Shown here in pieces: positions 26,439 through 39,133 of a stretch of DNA of 64,000 bases. The stretch is from the NCBI GenBank assembly GCA_951406725.2, contig OX597830.1, forward strand, positions 17,484,001-17,548,000, read 5' to 3'. The position numbers and the translations under genes are program-made. Below the pieces are notes generated by a model. It did not search any database and was not told the DNA's origin. It saw only the letters and a list, made by a program, of their open reading frames with translations. This DNA comes from Octopus vulgaris (Eukaryota). Within the stretch, counting starts at the first letter, position 1, and the number at the start of each line of letters is the position of its first letter.

Positions 26439-26672
26439 CCGGAGTAAACACATAAATGTGAAACAAGGTGGAAAAAAGAGTACTCAAATACCAGTGGTAG
26501 AGTAATATGCTTTATTTAAAGCAGCAGAAAATTCAACAAAACCTGTTACTCTGAGTTTCACGTTGCCGTTCATCGGACAGTTTTTGCTAGCAAAAACTGT
26601 CCGATGAACGGCAACGTGAAACTCAGAGTAACAGGTTTCGTTGAATTTTCTGCTGCTTTAAATAAAGTATAT
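26438..26672. mobile_element. 168-bp palindrome (26505-26672) with back-to-back HHR motifs (26543-26580 -, 26597-26634 +)
   Basis: ctgt-CCGATGA-ACGgcaaCGT-GAAA-ctcagag-TA-acag on both strands; centre gctagc. Confidence 0.8.
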
Positions 26673-26683
26673 ATATATATTTT

Positions 26684-27115
26684 AAGTAATGTTCGTGGCC
26701 ACTTCAACTAGCTGTCCGTTCGAACGGATTTTAACTCCAAGAGGATATTTTAGAACTAGCATTTTTGCCTGTTGCAAAATCAGCAATGTACGTCGTTTGA
26801 AATTATATATATTGCGAGCAGAAGCGAGCTACTACCATCTCTAGAAGACGAGGTGTCCAGTATTGAAGAGAGGCAGAAATAGCCCAAAACCAGGCTTGCC
26901 TGCTGATCCCGTCGCAAGAAGGTGGTAGGGGTTCGCTCCCTTGCTCGCAATATCGTTAATCATCGTTAAGCAGCTAGAGATGTCCTCTTGGGGTAAACAA
27001 ATCGCAGTTAAGCCCATTCGAACGGACAGCCACGTTGAAGTGAAGTGCCTACGAAGATTACTTGTTAGTACAACTACTTTGATCTCTTAGAGAGATTTTA
27101 GAACAAGCATTTTTG

Positions 27116-27117
<2 letters not shown>
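26684..27117 (+). mobile_element. Retrozyme-like locus: 348-nt period, 22-bp terminal direct repeat, inverted 5' fragment, degenerate HHR (26858-26902)
   Basis: attttagaac(t/a)agcatttttgc at 26747 and 27095; 26684-26752 is antisense to 26974-27063. Confidence 0.65.
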
Positions 27118-27148
<31 letters not shown>

Positions 27149-27738
27149 CATTTTTCATTTCATCTAGTTTCAGCTCACGAGCTGTGACAATGCTGGGGCA
27201 CCGCCATTTGGTGTTGCTACATGATTTTACTTCACGAATGCTTTTTAGCAATTGACACTTGGTGGAAAAGGTGTTAAAAGTTCAAATTAGAATTTAATTT
27301 CCACATACGACCTTTTCAAATGTTAATACAATCATGTAAGAAAAAAAACTTTAATTATGATAATAATAATTAGAATAGTTATGTATTACCATTCTTGTCA
27401 GTGTAAAATAATTAAAGGAAAACATCAAAAAAGGTATTACCAAAAGAAAATTAGAAGGAAAAACAAAGTTGGCTATGTCGGAGAAGCTGACCGGTTATTT
27501 GCAAATAAATTGTAAAATAGGAAAAAAAAATAGATACAGGAACATGTTAATGTATTTTTGAGTCTGTCTGTTAAATTAGCTATAAGAGTTCTAGCCAACG
27601 GATATTTTTGAATATAAGTAGGAAAAAAAAACCGAGACAAAAAGTGTAAACAAAAAATCAACATACGTATCTAGCATATAAATGCACGCTCTCTTATATA
27701 TATATATATATTTGAATACAAAGAAAATACTATAATAA

Positions 27739-27792
<54 letters not shown>

Positions 27793-27944
27793 ACATGTAT
27801 GTATGCATTATATGTATATCTATATGTGTGTGTGTGTGTGTGCATGTGTGTGTTATAGTATGTATGATATATATATATATTATATACATATGTATTAATC
27901 TCTACCATATTATTGAGATCTTTTCTCCGATAGTTAACTTAAAT

Positions 27945-28025
<81 letters not shown>

Positions 28026-28128
28026 TGTGAGTGTGTACGTGCATTTGTGCGTACGTGCACATGCGTGAGTATTATATATATCCGATCTATAATGTTGATG
28101 ACTTGTTTCACAAATGTATATTATAGAA

Positions 28129-28343
28129 TTCTTTCTATTAAAGGCACAAAGCGTGAAATTTGGCGGGAGGGGACTAATCGATTAAATTGACTGCAGTGTT
28201 TCACTGGTCCTTAATTTGTCGACCTCGAAAGGATGAAAGGCAAAGTCGACCTAGGGGAAATTTCAACTCACTAGGTAAGAACGGACGAAATGCCGCTAAG
28301 CACTTTTCTCGGGTTGCTAACGATTCTGTCAGCTCGTCGCCTT
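28129..28343 (-). mobile_element. SINE family B, near full length
   Basis: Head aaggcgacgagctgacagaatcgttagc on minus strand; degenerate TSD gtatattata(g/t)aat. Confidence 0.88.
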
Positions 28344-28448
28344 ACACACGTATATTATATAATAATAATGCATAATGTATAATGTTATATATAATGTATA
28401 TTATATATATATATATGTATATGATATATGTATCTTTCATATTATATG

Positions 28449-28642
28449 TACGAAGGGGTGCTGAAAGGTTTCCCTCGCTTTGGGTAAAAGAAAATAGAAT
28501 CATTCAACCTTCTCAGATTCACACACTTATTGCAATGGCCCTTCAGTCTTTCTAAGCTCTGTAAAAGAACTCGGAAGGTTAGGCCTTCAGCCAGGCGTTT
28601 CGCGACACCCTCAAAGACAAGAACTTTTCAGCACTTTCTCGT
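28449..28642. mobile_element. Mariner-type MITE
   Basis: TIRs tacgaaggggtgctgaaaggtt / aacttttcagcactttctcgt, similar to the mariner end at 14180-14201. Confidence 0.75.
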
Positions 28643-28717
28643 TTTATCAGTATCCATTAGATACGTCTCTACTGCCATCTATTTACAGGAATAGAAGGAA
28701 GAAGAGAACTGGTTCCT

Positions 28718-28936
28718 TCGTCAGTGGCATGGTGGATTGAAACACAGACCTGGGAACAAAAGAAAGACCCAGGTTCAACTCCCGCTGGAGATAGAATTTT
28801 GGGAAGCAACTGGAGGACAGCTAGGAGCCATGACCCGTGTGGGCCCCGCTCCTGCAGAATGTCATGTATAAGGGCCGAAACACTTGTTGGTTGGGAGATC
28901 TTCTGCTGCTGTGCGCTCGCCTTGCGGCGAGTTTTT
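28718..28936 (+). mobile_element. tRNA-headed short element with HHR-like motif and hairpin-T5 end
   Basis: A box TGGCATGGTGG 28725, B box GGTTCAACTCCC 28772, CTGCAGA...GAAA-cacttg-TT 28852-28888, ctcgcc-ttgc-ggcgag-TTTTT. Confidence 0.55.
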
Positions 28937-28964
28937 GTATATATATATATATATATATATTTAT

Positions 28965-29544
28965 GAAAAGAAAATGGCGATATACAACTGTCAATTCAAA
29001 AATTAAAATTTATTAACATAATATATAATATTATATTCTTATAATAATATAATATAATATAACAAATAGTTAATATTAAATACAAATTACATACAATCGT
29101 TTCGATTCTTACCCATAATAAAATTAGAAAAATCCATGTTAGTGGGTAAGAATCTTTCAGTGTAATGTTTGATATATGAGGAGTTACAGATCCAGGAAAA
29201 AGCTGAATTCAGTCTTTTCGCGGATCTGTATTGTATGTAACTTGTATTTAATATTTATTATATTATATATATTATAAGAATATTATAAGAATATAATATA
29301 ATATAATATAATATAATATAATATAATATAATATAATATAATATAATATAATATTATGTTAATAAATTTAAATTTTTAAATTGTCAAATGAATATCACCA
29401 TTTTCTTTTAATTTTTATAAACTTAATATATAACCATGTGAATTGTAAAGTTTTTCTTTACTAAATTGAATATTAGACAATTAAGCTAGTGAAAAACTAA
29501 ATGTTTTCATATCCCTATAAAAGGAAATTATTTTCCTTGCATTG

Positions 29545-29550
<6 letters not shown>
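28965..29550. mobile_element. Inverted-arm PLE-type element with HHR motif (29086-29166, -)
   Basis: Arms ~28965-29095 and ~29230-29410; attaca-CTGAA(-)A-GATTCTTACCCA...TGGGTAAGAATC-GAAA-cgattg-TA-tgtaat. Confidence 0.7.
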
Positions 29551-29641
<91 letters not shown>

Positions 29642-29749
29642 CATATATATGCATGTATGTATATATATATACGTATGTATGTATATATATGTATGTATGT
29701 ATATATATATATATGTATGTATATATGTATATATATATATGTGTGTATG

Positions 29750-29780
<31 letters not shown>

Positions 29781-30355
29781 TAGATAGATAGATTCAGTAG
29801 GGTATATAATACCACTTGCTAAAATCAGTGCCAAAGCTCCCAAACCACCAGAAACACTTTAATGATACACACGAGCAATGCAAGGAACATATGAGAAATA
29901 GGCTTACCTTAGCGTTGAATACATCAGTAAGTATATATACTGTACTATATGTATGTGTATGTGTGTGTCTATACAGAATACAAAATTATAACAACGCAGG
30001 GTAATGAAGCGAACTTGTTTCTCTCTGCGTGTGTGATGTCTCATATGCCTTTCTGTTTTGGGTCTTTGAAGTGGTTTACTGAAGCACGTAAGCTTTAAGT
30101 GAGAATTGAAAATACATCACAGTTGCTGAACCCACTAGAATATTTTCTCCGGTTGTTTCAGCAACTGTAGCAAGTAACGTATAAAACTAAAGGAAGAACG
30201 TATGAAGAAGAATTACATATCACATGAGTAGAAAATAAAACAGGAAAAAATTCGAAGAACGACAGGAGTTGAAGAACCTCATATTTTACTAACTAAAAAG
30301 AAAACCAATAAATATAGTTATAAATAAAATAAAAAGTAACACGAATTCATAAAAC

Positions 30356-30469
<114 letters not shown>

Positions 30470-32255
30470 TTGTTATTTTTTCCAACTTGAGAAAGTCGAT
30501 CGTAATGCTTCTATCTCACGCATCTATTTTCACCAAATGGAGGTTTTCGTCTTATCTAACTTTATGTTTCTTTTCGTGACATTCTACCCTGAACTTTACA
30601 GTCAGGAATTTATCTTTTCAGTTATCATCCAAGTTAGTTAGTTAGTTAGTTTGTTTGTTTATTTAATTATTTATTTTTTTATTTATGTGCGTTCTTCACT
30701 CTTGCCGATCCTTTCATCCGTTCGTTTCCTCTTATATTTGTATTTATTAATGATTTTTGTTTTCAAATTTTTATTTTGAAATCGTTCTTACGTTGTATTT
30801 TCTATAAATAACCGCATTTGATATATATACATTGATTCGCAAACACACACATATACTCGTATATGAACATGCATGGTTACATACACATACAGACAGACAC
30901 ACATACACACTCACACACATTCAGACACACTCAGACACACACTCACACACATTCAGACACACTCAGACACACACAAATATATTTATACGAGCAGCTTTGC
31001 AGATCTACATGCATACATGGTCCTACGATCAATTCGGTGGGGAAGTTAACGTACGAAATCCATGGAAAACAAGGAAAATTTTGGAAAAACATTAAAAAAC
31101 ATAGGCAGAGAAATCAAAATGATTAACGAATTAACAATGAATGCAAATTAAGTACCATCTAATAATGAAAGAAAATTCTTAATTTTGTTGTTATTAATTC
31201 ATTTTCAGATGAATTAAACTAAAGCTCTTATTTCTCTCAATTAACTCCCTTGTTATACGCTAAGCACATTTTTCGTTTATGACATCCTGAGGACAGAAAG
31301 CTGAACACGCTCGCTACGAAATCTATTTATAATAACGTCGATCGAAGCAATATAGGTAGCTCTCCTTAGTTTAAGTTTTGTTCATGTCAGGCACTAAATA
31401 AAAAAAATTGTGTGCACTAAAGAAAACACACAAAAGAGTTTTATCGTAAAGGCATCAGATTTAAAGAATGGTTCAAACAAATATATTCTGATTACAAGAA
31501 TAAAGAAAAAAGAAAAATATATAAGAAAATGTATAAAAACGTTAAGATTCTCCGCATTGACTTTTGCATCTGGGCTTTCATAGGGGCTCCAGCATGTAAA
31601 AGTGAAATAAAAATAAAAATAAAATAAGAAAAAGAATTCTAACATAAACTGAATAATTTTTGAAAATCATTCAGTTACAGAAAATGATTTATCTATAACC
31701 CATATGACTTTCTTAACTCTCGCCAAGAGCTTTAATAACAGTAACAATCAGGATGTCAGAAAAGCCGCCGAGCCCCAACAGAGCCTGGCTCCACTGAATG
31801 TAAAAGTATTATATCAAGTAGAGAAAATGACAAAGAAAGGAATGTGACGCATGGTGCTCTACTGCTTCTTCAGAATAATATCACTGAAACTGGAATAAAT
31901 GCGGTAATTTTGATACAATATAAATCAAATAAATTTGATCAGGAATCTAGGTTGATAGATTCAAAAGTGATTTAAACTTTATCCTAGGTTAACATTGATA
32001 AATGTCGAGCTTTAGATTATTCGTGTTGTGTGTCAAGGTATAGTAATATTTTATCTTTGAAAACTTGATAAAGCCAACTCAGTTCACAAACTATACGAGC
32101 GTTTCCTTCCGTCAACAGTCTACGATAGAGAGAAGAGACACTCGAACAAACGCAAAACACAAAACATCGGTTTTTGATCAAACAAAACATTGTACATAAG
32201 CAACAATTGCGTGCAACAGAGACTGCTTCTTCTTGAAAATTAGTATCCAAACAAT

Positions 32256-32319
32256 ATTTGCTCGACTAAAGGTGGTGCTCCAGCATAGCCACAGTAAAAT
32301 GACTGAAACAAATAAAAAA

Positions 32320-32320
<1 letters not shown>
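32256..32320 (+). mobile_element. SINE family C 3' end
   Basis: atttgctcgactaaaggtggtgctccagcatagccacagtaaaatgactgaaacaa. Confidence 0.85.
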
Positions 32321-32377
<57 letters not shown>

Positions 32378-32529
32378 ACTCTTATTTCCACCAGTGCTAG
32401 TACTCACTGCACCCTTCGTCCCTTTTTAGTGGTGGTGAATCATTTCGTTTTTGGTTTTGAATTGCGACCAGCCACCTTGTTGTTGTTGTTATTATTATTA
32501 TTATCATTATTATTATTATTATTATTATT

Positions 32530-33087
32530 GAGTGAGAGAGCAGTGCATGCCATCAAAGTGACACTGGGGTAAAATATACGAAGCCCAATATACCAATCAT
32601 GACTACCCGTCTGATAAGGGTACACCAGGCACATGCATCACAACCATATGTGCGCGACATGGTGATCTCATATCAAGATAAATAGCACATGACCTTGCAG
32701 GTGGGGCCCAGTTAGAATTTTCTTCAGGTTGAGTAGCCCATCCTGCTGAAAAGGTCCCTGAATAAGGGTTGTTTAAGGATGTTAAAAGAACCACCCATTT
32801 TTCCAGAGGTGAATTATTAAAACCCCAAAGAATCCCTCTCAACACATGGCTATGATGCTCCCCCACTACTTCTGCTCGTGATCAGAGATGCACATATCGT
32901 CAGCCACTAAGGGACATGCTCAACTGGTTAAGGTCAAACAACTGACAAGCAAATCTGTGGTATTGAGCAGAATATTTGCTGTAGCCCATCTTTTATGCCA
33001 AGACAAAACAATGTACATGATAACACTTCCAATCAGTTAAGATCAGAAGCCATGAGAGCCACTGCCTGGTACTGCATCAGGGCATTT
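32530..33087. mobile_element. ~555-bp unclassified dispersed repeat inside (ATT)n; partial copy at 43775-43880
   Basis: GC-richer block bounded on both sides by (ATT)n; ~100-bp homologue elsewhere in window. Confidence 0.7.
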
Positions 33088-33103
33088 ATTATTATTATTA
33101 TTA

Positions 33104-33196
<93 letters not shown>

Positions 33197-33407
33197 GTTT
33201 TTGTTGTTGTTGTTGTTGTTTTTTCCTTCTTTCTTCAAACTTTTTTCCATTTCTCGCCGAGTGTTTTCCGTACACCTAGGACAGAGAAGCTCATTGTATG
33301 CATTCCCAGATTACACACGCAAATTCACAGTTAAAATATGTATTTAAAAAAAATAATAAATATAAATAAATAAATAAATAAATCAATGGATGGATGTTGT
33401 TTTCACA

Positions 33408-33485
<78 letters not shown>

Positions 33486-34077
33486 GTTGTTGTTGTTGTT
33501 GTTATTATGCACACACACATACGCACGCATTATTACCGCAGATTATTTTGGACAGATAGTCAGTCGCCGATGAAATTTGAATAAAGATTGAAACTGATCC
33601 CTTTCTCTTTACACGCCGAGACTGTTGAAAAAAGACAATGGTTTACGATTGTCCAGCGTTTTAATTTCCACACGCATAGTTAACTGAAATATATAGGTTT
33701 ATTCTGCAGTACTTTAAAGTATAAAACTCTCACTGAACTACAAATCTCTTGAAAAATCCTAGATAAAACCTATATAAAATACTTTCACTATTTACATTTT
33801 GGTGATGTTATTTTGTCGCTAGTGTTTCTTTTAGTTTCAAAATTACTTGGCAAAGTCTGTACTTTTGTGTAAAGAGGGGGAAAAAAGCAAACCCCCGCAA
33901 TATAAGAATTTGTCAATTATTAGACAACAAAACATGTATTTATTCTGGAAATTGTATCAGAATGTAATAAGTTTAAGCTAAGGTGTTTTTGATAGTTAAT
34001 CTCGTGTCTCGCCTTCACTCAACCTTCCTTGAACAGAAGACAGTAATATAATGATAATAATAATAATAATAATAATG

Positions 34078-34117
<40 letters not shown>

Positions 34118-34156
34118 TAATAATAATGATGATAATAATAATAATAATAAATAAAG

Positions 34157-34192
<36 letters not shown>

Positions 34193-34203
34193 TAATAATA
34201 ATA

Positions 34204-34268
<65 letters not shown>

Positions 34269-34282
34269 TAATAATAATGCTG

Positions 34283-34315
<33 letters not shown>

Positions 34316-34339
34316 GATATAATAATAATGATGATGATG

Positions 34340-34376
<37 letters not shown>

Positions 34377-34763
34377 CAACAATAGTAATAATGATGATGA
34401 TAATCCCAGACATGACACTCATCGTCTGTTCGCGGATTTCATCATTAAGTCGGCCTTTCGGTTTAATAATTGGGTTTCCTTATTGTTCTTCTTGTTGTCG
34501 GTGGTAGAGGTGGTGTTGATAGTGTTGGTGTGGTGGAGTAGTTGGTGGTGGTGTTGTTATTGTCGATAGTGAGAAAGAGAGGTGGGAAAAGAACAACGAC
34601 GACAACAACAGCAACAAGAACAAAAATTAAACAAAGAAAAAAAGTTAACTAAATTATTTTTATTTCTAAAGTTAATTTATTTTTCCATGTATGTATCACG
34701 AAAAACAAATAACAACCAAACAAAAAAAAATGAAAAAGCAGTAACAGAACATGCACACAAACA

Positions 34764-34834
<71 letters not shown>

Positions 34835-35197
34835 TAAGAGACGCATTTAACAACAAAAAGAAATGTCAGATTATTTATTTAATTTCTCTTTGTATCTCGA
34901 AAAATCACCCACAGCGTTTGTGTGTGTGTGTGTGTGTATGTGTGTGCATGTGTGTGTGTATGTGTGTGTGTATGTGTGTGCATGTATGTGTGTGTATGTG
35001 TGTGCATGTGTGTGTGTCTATGTGTGTGTATGTGTGTGTGTATGTGTGTGTATGTGTGTGTGTATGTGTGTGTATGTGTGTGCATGTGTGTGTGTATGTT
35101 TGTGCATGTGTGTGTGTATGCGTGTGTACATATTTAATACAGACTCATACTGATACATGTTTGTGTGGTTATATAGATTGTGGAATTTTATATATGC

Positions 35198-35253
<56 letters not shown>

Positions 35254-35323
35254 ATGTATGTATATATTTGTAGTGAGTGTAATGAGTGCAGTGAGAAATG
35301 GAAAGAGGAAGAGAGAAGGGCGA

Positions 35324-35364
<41 letters not shown>

Positions 35365-35929
35365 GAGAAGGTAAAGAAACAAGAAAGGATGGATACATAT
35401 ATTTAAGCAGGTACAAGTATACACAGAATCTCTGTCTTCTTATACACCGACTCAGAGTTCGGCGCCAATGCAAATACAGACTCAAACACATCAACAACAA
35501 CAACCACAATAACAACAGAACAATGGCCAAAGAAACCATTTCAAAGCGCACAGCCTATTCATCACTGGCTATTATTTTGTATCTAATATTGCCTTTCGTT
35601 TTCCTCTCTTTTTTTTCTCTCCTTCTCTTGCAACAATTTGTTTTCAGAACTCATGTGACAAGTTAATGGTAAAACAAACAACCAGCCGAAGTAGTTACCA
35701 ATTTAATCAGACATTCAATGCAATATTTTCCTACCAAACTCAATTGAGGCATCACAAGCATTTTGTAACGCTTCTTACTCATTTCAATTGTCAAACGCGC
35801 TACAATGTTGTTAAAAATAGGAAGTACGGAAGCACACGGAGAGCAGCTATATAAAACAGTAGAAGATATGACAATGAATACCGTCTTGGACAAACATGCA
35901 TGGATAGACTACACAACAGCGAGAGAGAT

Positions 35930-35945
35930 TGTGAGAGTGAGATAG

Positions 35946-35986
<41 letters not shown>

Positions 35987-36328
35987 AAGCGAGAGAGTGA
36001 GAGATAGATAGATAGAGATAGATAGATTGATAGATAGATAGAGAGATAGAGAGAGAGAGAGATTGAGAGAGAGAGATAGAGCTAGAGATAGATATAGATA
36101 GATTGATAGATAGATAGATAGATAGATATATATATATATAGAGAGAGGGAGAGCGAGAGAGTGAGAGATAGATAGATAGATAGAGATAGATAGATTGATA
36201 GATAGATAGATAGAGAGAGATTGAGAGAGAAATAGAGAGAGATAGAGATAGAGAGAGATAGTTAGATAGATAGATAGATAGATAGATAGAGAGAGAGATA
36301 GAGAGAGAGAGATAGATAGATAGTGAGA

Positions 36329-36380
<52 letters not shown>
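35930..36380. repeat. (GA)n/(GATA)n compound microsatellite
   Basis: Direct inspection. Confidence 0.95.
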
Positions 36381-36384
<4 letters not shown>

Positions 36385-36504
36385 AAGACTCATAGACAAC
36401 TATATGGCCGCAGTCAAGTAAAAGAATAAAAGAGTAAAACAGAGACAGACACGTAAACTCATATTCCTGTATTCCTGTATTCTTGTATTCTTGTATATTC
36501 CTTT

Positions 36505-36725
36505 ATTGGCATCAGTCACAGGACTTCAGCCATGCTGGAGCACCGTCTGTAAGGGTATCCAGTCGATCATATTGACATTTGTACTTATTTCTGCCTGTTA
36601 CTTATTCTTTGATCAATATCTCTAGTGTCGAACCTCTATGTTTGCAGATATAAGGAACAGCGACAGTTTTACTTTGACATTGACTGGTGAAAGTGTTAAT
36701 AAAGACACACACGCAGACATACACA
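36505..36725 (-). mobile_element. Diverged SINE family C fragment
   Basis: cagccatgctggagcaccg tail motif and decayed body. Confidence 0.6.
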
Positions 36726-36789
36726 AATAGACGCATACATATACACATATGTATATACTCACATATTACATACACATATATATGTAAAC

Positions 36790-36857
<68 letters not shown>

Positions 36858-36970
36858 TTCTATATATATGCCTCTGTGTGAGTACGTATGAGTGTGTACA
36901 TATGTATATATACATTTGTATGTGTATATGTCTGCGTATGTACGAATGTATGTATGTCTATATATATATA

Positions 36971-37001
<31 letters not shown>

Positions 37002-37050
37002 TTATATATATATATATATATACACATATACATTTATATATATGGAAATA

Positions 37051-37117
<67 letters not shown>

Positions 37118-37600
37118 AAATATATATATATGCGTGTGCATGTGTATACATACACGCACACATATATACTGATGCACCTGTATTACAGATAACTAAGGTA
37201 ATGTTTTGACGCTATTTTATAAATTAATCATTTTTCCATCTGGCCAAGGTTCAAGAGCTGTTCTTCCTCTAGTACCATCTTCTCTATACGGATACAACAA
37301 TGGCTGAACGTAATTTTGCATTCTTCGCTACCACCTCCATCACATTTTCCCTCTTAAGCTTATTTTTTCTCCTTCTTTTGCTTTCTTCTCTTGTACAACT
37401 CATGAGTAGCATTTCTTTCAAATATGTTTTTTCCTTCTGTTTTTATTTCCTTCCTGTTTTTTGATGTTTTCTTTCCTATCCTTTCTTTCCCTTTCTTCCT
37501 TTCTTTTTTCTTTCCCTTGTTTCTCTGCCCTCTTCTCTATATGTGCGTGTATATGTATATATATGACGTATATATATATGACGTATATATATATATATAT

Positions 37601-37650
<50 letters not shown>

Positions 37651-37725
37651 ATTATATATATACATGCATACGCATATATATGCATATGTGCATATATATA
37701 TATGCGTGTGTGTAGACACACACAC

Positions 37726-37763
<38 letters not shown>

Positions 37764-38528
37764 ATATAGATACATATAAGCATATATATATATATTAGTG
37801 TGTGTGCATGCATATATGATTGTATGTATGTATATTATGAATATATGGATGCATACTCGTTGAGAATCATTATGAGTTCTCTTATCCGAACCGTCTTATT
37901 CTTCCCTGTTCTCTTTCTTTCTTCTATTCTTCCTTTCTGTAATCCTCCTCCTCCCCATCATCATCATCATCATCATCATCGTCATCATTATCATCACCAT
38001 CATCTTCATGTATTCCCAATAAATGCCTATTTAAACGGTGTCATGAAGAACAAATTAAATAATTCAATATGGCTGATTTTTTTTTCTCTTCAATTGCTTT
38101 TTTGTTTTTCGCGCCTTATTTTTCTCTTTTTGTTTTCGCTCCTTTCTTATAACCTTCTTTGTTATTCTTTACGCATCTTTTTTTGTATTTTTCCTTTTTT
38201 TTCTTCTTTTGTTATTCTTTGCTTTCTGTTACGGTTCTTTTTCTCTTCTGTTATAGCCTTTTTTGTTCTTTAAAATATCATGATTCCTATTTTCTCCCTC
38301 ATTAATGTTGTTTTATAGGATGACAGTTTGGAATTACAAGCCCCACCTTTCGTTTGTATTGTCTTATTGCTGACCGTAGTTGTTGCTTGTTGTTGCTATT
38401 GTTGTCATCGTCGTGGTAACGGCGCTAACAGCAATGATCTTAATCGTTTTAGCCTAGGTACAAGGTCACAATTTGGTGGTGGGGAGGAATGGTCAGTCAA
38501 TACAATCAGACACATTTCTTGATTGATA

Positions 38529-38690
38529 GAAGGCGTGTAGCCTAGTGCTTAGGGTGTGGCATTGACGACCGCAAGATTGTAGTTTCGATTCATGGACCGG
38601 GCATCGCGTTCTATTCTTGGGCTAAACGCTTCGTTTCACATTGTTTCAGTTCACCCAGCCGGAAATAAGGAATCTTGTGACATACGGGTG
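38529..38690 (+). mobile_element. SINE family D (CORE-like), diverged; SINE B fragments nearby at 38430-38510 and 38765-38910 (-)
   Basis: tRNA-like head followed by ttcttgggctaaacgcttcgtttcacattgtttcagttcacccagc, homologous to 44690-44948. Confidence 0.7.
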
Positions 38691-39133
38691 TTCTACTGTT
38701 ATGATCCCGGTCACTTATACTTTATGGAAACTAAATAACCAGCTTTATGCATCTTAGGACTCGACGCAGCATTTTACTAGACTGGTTATTCTATTCAGCC
38801 TGGAAGGGTGAACTCGTGGTAGATTTGAGCTGATCTGAAACCAGAATGGAAAGAGTCGGAACAAATACATGTTGACATTTTGTTCGACGCTCTAACGATT
38901 CTACCAATCCCTCGCACTTTTGGAGAGTTAAATTGTTATAAACTATTGTTGTTTTGCCATAAATAGACTTTAATAGAACAGAAATCAGTTATTCCGGCCA
39001 TGACAACCCCATATTTTAAATTGTTTTATGAATTGTGTGCCTAGGACTACGTTGTTCTATGTGTCCCTCTTAAAAAGATTTTTGAGTATAGTTTCCGGGA
39101 GATTAATCTTCTATTTCTAGTAAGTACAACAAA

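Noticed and set aside
34420-34640. Possible exon on the minus strand (…KPKGRLNDEIREQTM…)
   Set aside because: Frames are short or stop-bounded and there are no convincing splice sites.
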